From Basidiobolus meristosporus CBS 931.73 (Eukaryota; Fungi; Basidiobolomycota), in contig MCFE01000436.1 of NCBI GenBank assembly GCA_002104905.1, positions 1-64,000 on the forward strand: a stretch of DNA of 64,000 nt. The letters are read 5' to 3'. A program made the translations under genes and the position numbers. Below the pieces are notes generated by a model that did no database searches, was not told where the DNA came from, and saw only the letters and a list, made by a program, of their open reading frames with translations. Each line of letters starts with the position of its first letter. Position 1 is the first letter of the stretch. Positions 52,242-61,985 of the stretch are shown here, in pieces.

Positions 52242-53543
52242 CCAATCACTACTAATATCTCCAGAACTATTACAATATATTTGACAGGTATACTCAGTAT
52301 TACTCCCACTGGTCTAGATAATTGAGCTGACAGGTGGTCTGACTAGTGGGCTCCACTCCTGGCCTTTAGTCTATTAGGGAAGTATCTAAGCAACTGATAA
52401 GCTTGGGCAAACATCTATTGGTTGTGTATTTTATAATTAAGCAGTTGACTGAAATACATATGTATCATATAGAAATATGCTCCTAAGATCCCAAGTACAC
52501 TCATCTAAGGGTTTATTTACATTTTTAGGCTTCATGTTATCACTGTCTAAAAGCTCCAACTAGTGTTCAACATGTATTTCAGGATCACTCAATTGACTTG
52601 ATCAAAAAGTACAAAAAATAGCAGATCTGGGCTTGTTTCTTGCTAAAATTAGGCATATATCTTTGACACAAAGTATTTGTAGCATCTGAACTGTTGCTAT
52701 TTCTTAGCTTTCATTTTCATCACATCCTCATCTTCTGCCAAATATATACACCTTTTCTGGACTTCTCAAAGGGGTTGTAATTATGAAGTTGTCACCTGGG
52801 TACCCATGCTAGCTTAGTTGCATATATCTTATTCTGAGATTAGCATTTGGGCCTGACCAAATGACTGATCCATTCTTACTTGGAATATTTTTACCAAATT
52901 ATTAGGTACCCAGATTATGACCTTGCTGAAGCTCATCCAAAAGATCCCAAACTTTGCACGCATATTCTTGGGACCTTTATTAGCAAGCTGTTTATGTTTT
53001 TTGCCTTACTTTATCAAAAGTTTAAATACTATACTTCTAATCAATGAATCTACACATGAGTAGCATGTGAACCCTCTAAGTGTTGTAAAAATTTGTATTC
53101 CCACCTAAATATTCACCTAACTTAGTCACTTAGATCATTACCTTCAAGTCCTAGAGAGTACTGACCAGATTCCTTGACAGGATTGTTGTAAGAGTCTTGG
53201 AGATATTGGAAGTGATTTGGAGAACAAGTAGATTATGTGGTTTTCACTTAATGATTTATTGAATGTAAAAGTAGTATTTATACTTTTACATGGTCTTGGC
53301 ATTACAAACACGTAGAATAGGTTAAGGAAGGTCCCAAGAACATGTGTGCAAAGTTTGGGGCTGTTTGGACAACTTTGAGAATTTCATGTTCTGGGTACCT
53401 GGTATTTTGGTGAAAATATTCTAAGTAAATCCCAACAAGGAATTTGGTCAGTAGTCTCTAGGATTTGAAGGTGATGATCTGAGTGACTAAGTTAGGTGAA
53501 TATTTAGGTGGAAGATACGAATTTTTACAACACTCCCACTCAG

Positions 53544-56036
53544 CTAAATGTTCATACTGACTAGTCCTAATTTTGACCTAAGATATTCAAACTTGTCTCT
53601 AGCTAATGGTTTGGTAAATATGTCTGCAATCATTTCATCTGTAGGACAGTAAACTAAGCTAACTAAGTTATTCTCTATAGCTTCACATATGAAATGATGT
53701 CTAATATCTATGTGCTTGGTTCTAGCATGAAAAGTTGGATTTCTACCTAATTGTATACACCCTTGATTATCTTGAAATAAAGTAATAGGCATTTTTTGAC
53801 ATAGGCCTAAATCTGTAAAGAGCTTTCTTAACCACATTGCTTCTTTTGTAGCTTCACAGGCTGCCATATACTCTGCCTCTGTGGTGGAAAGTGCTACGGT
53901 TGGTTGCTTTCTTGAATTCCATGAAATGGCTCCTTTACAGTAAAGAAAGGTGTATCCGGTGGTGGATCTTCTGTCTTCTAAATTTTGTCCCCAATCAGCA
54001 TCAGAGTATCCCACAAGATCCTGTTCTGAATCCTTATAAGTGTATCTTAAGCAGATATCAGCAGTTCCTTTTAGGTATCTAAAAATCCGCTTAACTGCTG
54101 CAATATGATCAGATCCATAATTCTGATTATGTTGGCTGACAACTCCCACTGAATATGAGATATCTGGACGTGTTCCAAGCATGATATACATCAGACTGCC
54201 GACTATAGATTGATAAGAAAAGTCAGGGCTTTCAGATGGCACCAAGCTCTCTTGATTTGGTTGAGTTTTGACCAAGTTAAGGTTTGTCTCCATTGGGGTA
54301 GCTGCCGGTTTACAGTCTTCCATTTTGTACTTCTTTAGTATATCTTGAATATACTTGGATTGGCTTAGGGTAATAGTCTGGGTACTTCTGTCTATGGAGA
54401 ACTTAATCCCTAAGTAGTAACTAAGTTCTCCTAGATTGGACATCTTGAATTCCTTAGATAGGCTGGATTTAGTCTCTTCCAATGTTTCTAGGTTATTGGC
54501 GGCTATAATAAGATCATCCACATATAGAGCTAATAGAACTGGATTTGCTCTATCTGGCTTATAGTATATACTATAGTCAGCATTACTCCTTTTGAAACTC
54601 AAAGATTCCAAATAAGAATCTATCTTGCAATTCCAGGCTCTTGGTGATTGTTTGAGACCATATAGTGACTTTTTAAGCTTGCAGACCAAATGGGGGTTAT
54701 CTTGGTCAACAAACCCATCAGGCTGGTCCATATACACGTCCTCATCAAGTTCTCCATTCAAAAATGCAGTTTTTACATCCATTTGATGAATAAAAAACTT
54801 ATATTTGGCTGCAATAGCCAATATTAATCTGATGGAATTAAACTTGGCTACCGGTGCAAAGGTCTCAGTATAGTCAAGTCCTTTTGTTTGAGAGTATCCT
54901 TTGGCTACAAGTCTTGCTTTGTATCTTTCAATTGTACCATCAGCCTTGTATTTTGTCTTGAAGACCCATCTGCATCCAATTGATTTTCGGTTGATTGGTA
55001 ATTTGACTAAGTCCCAAGTTTGATTTTCCATCAGGGCCTGATATTCCTCAGTCATTGCAGATCTCCAAAACTTTGTCTGAGGGCTATTTAGGGCCTCTTT
55101 TACAGTCTGGGGTTCATCAATATGGACTGAATAGGCATAGGCTAAGTTTGTACCCTCATTAATATAGTAATTTGGGCTATTTCTTGTCCGATTTGATCTC
55201 TGGGCATTTGATACTGGAATGATCACTTCTGGGATATTCCTAGGCACTGATTCTGGCTGAACCACGGTTGTAGAGTCCTCTGGAGTGAAAAAATTCTCAT
55301 TGTTTTGCTCTGATTCAATCCTGACAATTGGTGGACTTGAGATCAAATTTTCGTCATCATCTGATGTCATTTTTTGTGAAAATTTTGAATTTTCATCAAA
55401 CAACACATCCCTGGACTTGATAAGCTTCTTTGCTTTGGTATTGTAGAGTCTGTATGCCTTACTCTCATTGCAGTAGCCCAAAAATATGCATTTTACACTT
55501 TTTGGCTCAAATTTTGACTGATTTCCGGCCAGTTTTTTGGCATTTGCTGTGCACCCAAATATTCTTAGATGTTCTGCACTTGGTCTGTATCCATACCATG
55601 CTTCAAGTGGAGTAGAATCACAAAGTATTCTGTTATAACTCCTATTTTTAAGGTATACAGCAGTGGCAACTGATTCCGCCCAAAAATCATAGGATAATTT
55701 TTGATCATGGATCATAGATCTTGCCATATCAATTATTGATCTGTTAGCTTGTTCTGCTACTCCATTTTGCTGTGGGGAGTATGGTACAGTAGTCTCTTGC
55801 TTTATCCCATGAATTTTGCAGAAGTGGATGAAGAGTTTTGAGGTATATTCTCCACCATTGTCAGAGCGTATTTTCTTGATTTTTGCACCAGTTTCTCTCT
55901 CCACCATGGCTTTAAACTCCCTGAGCTTAGACAGAGCTTCTTCCTTTCTTTCCATGAAGTAGACCCATGTGTATCTTGTATAATCATCAATAAAAGTGAT
56001 TAAATACTTCATCCCGCCTAAGGATAAATTTTGCAT
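53544..56036 (-). CDS. Copia pol, integrase-RT-RNase H (830 aa open segment)
   Basis: [48 protein letters not shown]. Confidence 0.95.
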   Translation of the reverse strand: MQNLSLGGMKYLITFIDDYTRYTWVYFMERKEEALSKLREFKAMVERETGAKIKKIRSDNGGEYTSKLFIHFCKIHGIKQETTVPYSPQQNGVAEQANRSIIDMARSMIHDQKLSYDFWAESVATAVYLKNRSYNRILCDSTPLEAWYGYRPSAEHLRIFGCTANAKKLAGNQSKFEPKSVKCIFLGYCNESKAYRLYNTKAKKLIKSRDVLFDENSKFSQKMTSDDDENLISSPPIVRIESEQNNENFFTPEDSTTVVQPESVPRNIPEVIIPVSNAQRSNRTRNSPNYYINEGTNLAYAYSVHIDEPQTVKEALNSPQTKFWRSAMTEEYQALMENQTWDLVKLPINRKSIGCRWVFKTKYKADGTIERYKARLVAKGYSQTKGLDYTETFAPVAKFNSIRLILAIAAKYKFFIHQMDVKTAFLNGELDEDVYMDQPDGFVDQDNPHLVCKLKKSLYGLKQSPRAWNCKIDSYLESLSFKRSNADYSIYYKPDRANPVLLALYVDDLIIAANNLETLEETKSSLSKEFKMSNLGELSYYLGIKFSIDRSTQTITLSQSKYIQDILKKYKMEDCKPAATPMETNLNLVKTQPNQESLVPSESPDFSYQSIVGSLMYIMLGTRPDISYSVGVVSQHNQNYGSDHIAAVKRIFRYLKGTADICLRYTYKDSEQDLVGYSDADWGQNLEDRRSTTGYTFLYCKGAISWNSRKQPTVALSTTEAEYMAACEATKEAMWLRKLFTDLGLCQKMPITLFQDNQGCIQLGRNPTFHARTKHIDIRHHFICEAIENNLVSLVYCPTDEMIADIFTKPLARDKFEYLRSKLGLVSMNI

Positions 56037-56310
56037 AGGTCCACACAGATCTGAGTGAATTAGATCTAATTTTTTCTTAGTTTTGATTAACCCAGAGCTC
56101 TTGAACGGTTGTCTGGCTTGTTTTCATATATGCAGGCTTCACAGTGCTCCAAATTAGCTGGGGGATCAATTTTCACTCCAGAAATTAGCTGATCTTTGAT
56201 CATTTTATGCAAATAATCAAAATTGATGTGTCCAAATCTCCTGTGCCAAAGCATTGGTGTTTCTTCATTTAAGTTACTTATATTGGCTTCCAGATATGAT
56301 GGAATATAAG

Positions 56311-57517
56311 TCAACTTGTATAGGTCTGATCTCTGATGCCCGAAGCAATATGAGCACCATTTTGATCAGTGATCCTGCATCCAGAATTGTCAAAACTGAA
56401 ACTGAGTCCTTCTGCTGTGGCCTTGCTTACAGAGAGTAGGTTCTTGGCTATTTCTGGTACATAGAGTACTTCTTTAAAGGTCAGTGTATGGCTTCCTTCA
56501 CTGCTTCTAAGGTTTACTTGGATAGTTCCTTCTCCCACTGCATCAAGTGTTCTATCGTCACCCATGAAAACCTTCTTAATTGGAATTTCTTGATATTGGG
56601 TAAAAAGTTCTTTTTGGTGTGTAAAGTGTTGAGAAGCTCCAGAGTCAATATACCACGTCTGAGAATCCTTGTTTGTGGTCATATTTAGTGCAGATATGAA
56701 TAGTCTATCTTCAGTTGTTGCAGCATTTCCATATTCAGGCTTCTTTTGCTGATAATCTCTCTTTTTGAAACACCGGTCTGATGTGTGTCCTTTTCTTTTG
56801 CAGTAGTGGCAAAATAGGTTGCTGTTGCCTTTGTAGGGTCTTGGGTACCTCCTTTGTTGGTTATCATTGCTTATTAAAGCATTTTCTTCTTCCTTCTTAT
56901 TGGCACTTGATTTTCTTAATTCTTCATCCAGGAGCCTTCCATATACGTAATTTAAGGTCAAATCTTCAGTTCTGGACTCTAGGGCTGATACAAGGCCCTG
57001 AAACTCGTCTGTCAGGCTATTCAGGATGGTAACTATCACATCCTCATCAGTAGTTGGTACGCCCACAGATTCCATCTCATCTACCAGCAGGGTAATTCTG
57101 TTAATTAGATTTTTCATTTCTTCTCCTGGCAGCATCTTTGTAGTAAAGAATTTTCTTCTCAGATACATTTTCTTAGCAGCTGAACATGACTGGTAGGTGT
57201 CTTCTAATGCCTTCCAGGCATTCTTTGCCGTTTTTGCTCTTGAGCATTGAATTAGCAATTTGTCCTTGACATTAAGGCAAATGCAGTTAAAGGCACTTTG
57301 TTCTTTCTTCTGGTACTTTAAGGCTTCCTCTCCCACGTTTTTAGGAGGGCATTCTTCTCCCATAACAATATCACAAAGGCCTCTTTCTTGTAGCAGCATC
57401 TTCATCTTCACCTTCCACACTTGGTAGTTAGATCCATCCAACTTTTCAGCAGAGGGAAAAATTCCAGTAATAGCAGTAGTAGACATTGCAGAGAGTGACA
57501 GCTCGGGGCTCATAACC
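56311..57517 (-). CDS. Copia gag-protease, separated from the rest of pol by two 1-nt deletions (~56324 and ~56124)
   Basis: LDGSNYQVWKVKMKMLL, CHYCKRKGHTSDRC knuckle, WYIDSGASQH protease. The frame extends upstream into the LTR to 57645. Confidence 0.92.
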
Positions 57518-58101
57518 TGTTGTAAGAGTCTTGGAGATATTGGAAGTGATTTGGAGAACAAGTAGATTATGTGGTTTTCACTTAATGATTTATTGAATGT
57601 AAAAGTAGTATTTATACTTTTACATGGTCTTGGCATTACAAACACGTAGAATAGGTTAAGGAAGGTCCCAAGAACATGTGTGCAAAGTTTGGGGCTGTTT
57701 GGACAACTTTGAGAATTTTCATGTTCTGGGTACCTGGTATTTTGGTGAAAATATTCTAAGTAAATCCCAACAAGGAATTTGGTCAGTATTCTCTAGGATT
57801 TGAAGGTGATGATCTGAGTGACTAAGTTAGGTGAATATTTAGGTGGAAGATACGAATTTTTACAACAAGGATTTACTTCAAATATTTGCCCAGAACATGA
57901 AAATTAGATAAGTTGTCCAAACAGCCCCAAACTTTGCACACATGTTCTTGGGACCTTCCTTAACCTATTCTATGTGTTTGTTATGCCAAGATCATGTAAA
58001 AGTATAAATACTACTTTTACATTCAATAAATCAATAAGTGAAAACCACATAATCTACTTGTCCTCCCAATCACTTCCAATATCTCCAAGACTCTTACAAC
58101 A

Positions 58102-58900
58102 CTAAGTCTACCCACCACTTCCAATACTCCTCAGAATATTGCAGCAGGTTATGAGCCCCAAGCTTGCTATCCTCTTGATGCCTGCTTTGCTCTAGATATG
58201 CTTTGCTAGTCTGGAGAAAGAATTTCTGCACTATTATTCTGCTAAAAGTTAAAGATAACTACTACTGTTAATGGACTATGTTTATGAGGATATTGTTGTG
58301 GAGAAGAAAGCCTTGCTTTCAAAAGATGCTCTCAGTAACTATTCAAGTTAGCTATATGTGATAATGGACCCTAGGCCACTTCATGTTCTGGATACCTGAT
58401 AATTTGGTGAAAATATTCTGAGCAAATTCTAACAAGAAATTAGGTCAGGACAGGATGCTAATCCCAGAACAAGATCTGTGTGACTAAGTTAAAATGGATA
58501 TTTAGGTGACAACATAATAATTATAGCAGTATAGAGAGGGCAGTCTTTCTCCAAAATAGAAGCAGTATCCACCAAGGCAAAGTAGACAACCAAGGGTAAC
58601 AAGCTTGGGGTATCTAGCCTGTTGCAAGATTCTGGGGAGTATTGGAAGTGATTTGGAGAACTAGAGGAATGGCATTATATTTACTTTTCTTTTATTGAGC
58701 TCCAATAAGGTAGTTGTACTATAGGGAAACTTTCTTAGACTAATGAGATAAATATTGTCAGGAAGGTCCCCGGAGGCTGTGTGCAAAGCTTGGAGGCTCT
58801 TGGACAAGTCTGAGAATACTGTTTAATTCCAGACCTTCACTAGTTCTAGGAATTAGCTGATACCATACAAACTAGATCTTAGGTTAGTAATTTTGTATAT
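58102..58900. repeat. Degenerate Copia-related LTR/PBS/gag-start fragments in both orientations
   Basis: CAGGTTATGAGCCCC near 58145. LTR-like pieces at 58370-58520 and from TGTTGCAAG at 58620. Confidence 0.6.
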
Positions 58901-60550
58901 GCCAGTCTGAAAGTACTTGGTAACAGAAAGCTACCAATGTCCACTGGAAACTGGTGGTTGATTGGTACCCCAAAAAGGGTGGGAATCTTTGGTTACAATG
59001 GTAGGAATACCAACGTGGACAATCTTTCCCTAGAGCGTACCTACGGACCCTCAATCAATGATTGATTTGAAATTTCCTTGGAATGGCCGCTTGTCAATGC
59101 TCCTGGATTGGGGTCCCCTCTTTCCACGACATTCCATCACTTGGCCCTAGAATCTCTTCGACGAGATGCTAGCCCAAGTATCGAAGCATCATTTCTACCT
59201 AGCAAACCAACAAGGTGGGGCTGACGCTCGTTTCTCAGTACACCAGAGCACTGTCAAGTTCTCAGTGCCAGTGCCAGGTGGGGCATAAAATAAGCCGCAT
59301 ACCGGACCTGTACCTAAAGGGGAATTCCAAAGATTCTGAAATACGATTCACCTGCTGAAGAAGGGTGGTCATTGTTGTAAGCCTACGGGCTGGGGGATTT
59401 GGAATGCGTCCAAGGATACTGGATATCGCCATGAGATGCTAGCCAACCGATCCGCAGCTTACAAGCCAGAGGCATGACATCCAGCTCCTTGTGCGAGTGG
59501 CAGTGTTTTCGGCCCACCGTTACTCAACGAAAATGGTTAGGTTGGGAAGAAGTGTGCCCAGTTTGGCATTGATATTAAATTCGACCCGATTGACTTGATA
59601 TCAAATCATTCCAGTAGATGTAGAACCGATTCTCACCATCCCACCCACCACATATAAATGGCCCCCTGGGTCTTTACGGCGAGGTGTAGGTCCTCGGTTT
59701 TCATGAGGCTTGGATGACCTCCCGAGGCTTGGAGAGTACGCAATGATACCTTCGCGCTAGGGATGCCCGGTTCGTGTAGAGTAGACCACCCTACGGCCTG
59801 CCCAACCAGCCGGCCTTTGGCGTATGATTGGTCCTCTGACCTTCGAGTGTATCCCTAAGTTCGATGGGGGCGGATCCCGTCACCTGATCTGCACGCCCCC
59901 CCCTTCACCGGAAAGAATAAGCTTCGACATATTTGGCGATTTCAAATCAGGCTAAATATGGCAGTCGAGAGTCCGATGTCTAAATGGAGGGGCATTCTAC
60001 GCACCATCAAATGAAATGGCTGGTCGCGGTCCTTGGGAGAACCATGTTTGTCACTAGTCCACAAACGGACTCCGGACCATCGGTCTGAATAGAACGACCC
60101 CGTCACCCCTCTAGGCACGCCACCTGCGGTTCCACCGACACGATGGAACCGGAAGGAATTACCAAACGGGGAAACCAAATCTGGCCGCCTCGTCGGGCAT
60201 CTTAAAAAAATGAGGATCTAGGGATCTTGCCATCGGGCCACCGACCCGATGATAGGCCCGCGGGGATCACGTTGAGACAAGAACTCTTTAATTCGAGCGT
60301 TGATGATAAGCTAAGCCTAACTGGGTGATCGGATCCGTCCACGGTTTGTTACAACCACGGGGACGGACCGACATGGGACGTTGAACAGACCATCTATCAC
60401 AAAGCTGGTAAAAATACAAAAATACACTAGGGACAACGGATGGGTGATATCTTGGGGAATCTATGGGATATTGGTTGTCTAGGTAGAGCTGGGCGGGCTA
60501 TAAGGTGGACTTGAATTTACATTGGTGCGGTACAGGTGGTTGGTGGCGGT

Positions 60551-61985
60551 CTACTGGCTGGTGCCGACATGGAGTCTCTCGAAGGCAGCAGACACCTCGT
60601 CCTCCGCGATGACCACGTGCATCTTTTCCCCGCTGCATCCGCTTATTACCTTCACCTTGCTTTTCAGCTGCTTGCAGAGACAGTCGATGCTCAGATGCGC
60701 AAATTCGGGATTGGTTGCGAACTTCTCCCATACGTCTCTAGCGCTGAGATACTTCCGACGAGAGCTTGGCTTAGTGAGGAAACCATGGTCAGAAGTCTCG
60801 CTTGGTGGAGTACCATTCTCTTCTAGTTCAAGCACTAACCTCTCAGTGGAGACGGAAGTGGCTGGCAACCCGATCGCTACACAAGTTAACGACTCGCACA
60901 ATGCAGCCTCGTCGCGGCTCTTTGGAATGCAGGGGGCTTCAGAAGATGGAACCTCCGTAGTGATCCCGCAACACGATGACGTGATTACCTTGGTATCAAA
61001 GCTACTGGGAGTCTTGCAACACGATCCAGTGCCGATACTCTGTAGATTGGATTGTATGTCCATCGGCGGGTCAGGGCAGTAAAGGGGTTGATAGTACTTT
61101 GGGGATTCGTCGACTGCCGCTTTCGGGTAGGGGGAAAACGCATTAGCTAGGCTGGGTGGGTATGAGTTTGGCATGGGGAGTAGCTCCGAGTCCAGGCTGC
61201 TGGACAAGAGGCCCAAGGGCGACGGAGCGTCCGAAAGGCAGTTGATAAGATCAAACGGTTTGGAAGCGGGGAAGTTCTGGACCGGAGCGTTCTCGCACGG
61301 AGAAAAGCTGACTTCCGAAATGGGCATGACCGCTTCGGCCGAGGAGATCGGGGGACCGTTCAAGTCGGAGAGTTGAGGAAACTCGAAGCTGGCCGGAATC
61401 CCTCTGAATGGGGCCTCCGAGTTGACCATGCTGCCCACACTGTAGCTGTAAGTGGGCTCGAGTTGTGGGTTTCTTGGCGAGCCGTAGGAGGGGTTCGAGC
61501 TCCGATCCATCCTCTTCAACGCCTTGTTCTCCGTCTCCAGCTTCGCCAGGTACTCCTTCAGCTCGAGCAGCTCCTTCTGCAGCAGGGAGATTGCGTTGCT
61601 ATGCGATGACTCACAGGTCTTCACCTTCTTCTCCAGGTCCTCCACGTAGTACTTTTTGCGCTCGCGAAAGGCGCGCTGCGCGGTTAAGATCTGCGCCTTG
61701 CGTTTCTATTGGTCGGTGATTAGCCAAGGTGCTGCGAGGATTCGAGCAATAACTACTTACACTGTCTGGGATGTTGGTTAGAGGCTTCCGCCCGGGTTTC
61801 TTGTGATATGTTTTGTCGGCTTGTTGAACCACCTCTGCAGAATAGTTAGTACAGTTGGCAGGGGGAGACGCGCAGACGCAGTCGGACCACTTACTAGGAT
61901 TCTCGGAGAAACGGAAGTCTTGATCCTTGCTAAGGTCAAGCAGGCCGTAGGCAAACTTTCCTGGTTTCTGCACTTCAGAGGTCAT
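60551..61985 (-). CDS. Yap1/Pap1-like (fungal AP-1) bZIP transcription factor, two exons (61761-61985, 60551-61705), 459 aa
   Basis: Spliced product KKPGRKPLTNIPDS|KRKAQILTAQRAFRERKKYYVEDLEKKVKTCE... with a leucine-zipper coil. C-terminal VWEKFATNPEFAHLSIDCLCKQLKSKVK resembles the Yap1 c-CRD/PAP1 domain. The exons join in phase 0. Confidence 0.88.
61706..61760 (-). other. 55-nt spliceosomal intron of the bZIP gene
   Basis: GTAAGT donor, GCTAAT branch site, TAG acceptor. Removing it restores the KPGRKP-to-basic-region frame. Confidence 0.9.

Larger units (their letters stand above)
53184..57867 (-). mobile_element. Young full-length Ty1/Copia retrotransposon, TSD AGGAT
   Basis: LTRs 53184-53532 and 57518-57867 differ by one substitution and one homopolymer indel by my comparison. 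PBS GGTTATGAGCCC (copia-type internal tRNA-iMet site), PPT AGTGGGAG, TSD at 53179-53183 and 57868-57872. Confidence 0.97.
53081..58101 (+). repeat. Plus-strand Copia LTR (53081-53183 plus 57873-58101) split by the young Copia insertion
   Basis: The joined pieces give a TGTTGTAAAA...CTCTTACAACA LTR antisense to the inserted element. Confidence 0.88.

Noticed and set aside
57518-57645. Copia gag frame stays open from inside the LTR through the PBS (also at 51446 and 52019)
   Set aside because: The copies are too similar for shared openness to indicate selection. ATGs in or just after the PBS (MSPEL, MSTTA) are adequate starts.
1-59000. Classical Neurospora-type RIP (CpA>TpA)
   Set aside because: The differences I traced between copies are mainly at CpG, and CA/TG remain abundant. 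A formal spectrum is still needed.
59010-60500. Possible extra gene or ncRNA in CpG-rich unique sequence (also 62000-64000)
   Set aside because: Only short ORFs without motifs, and no tRNA or rRNA pattern that I could recognise. Small spliced genes or lncRNAs cannot be excluded without expression data.
60636-60652. Possible micro-intron GTAATAAGCGGATGCAG in the c-CRD
   Set aside because: Only 17 nt, no branch site, and removing it would shift the frame.
60522-61719. Plus-strand ORFs overlapping the bZIP gene (186 aa and shorter)
   Set aside because: They are antisense shadows of a GC-rich CDS with no recognisable motifs.
60551-61985. HapX/Php4 assignment (KPGRKP plus Cys clusters)
   Set aside because: There is no Hap4-like W-x-x-P-P-R motif directly before KPGRKP, and the C-terminus matches the Yap1/Pap1 c-CRD pattern better.
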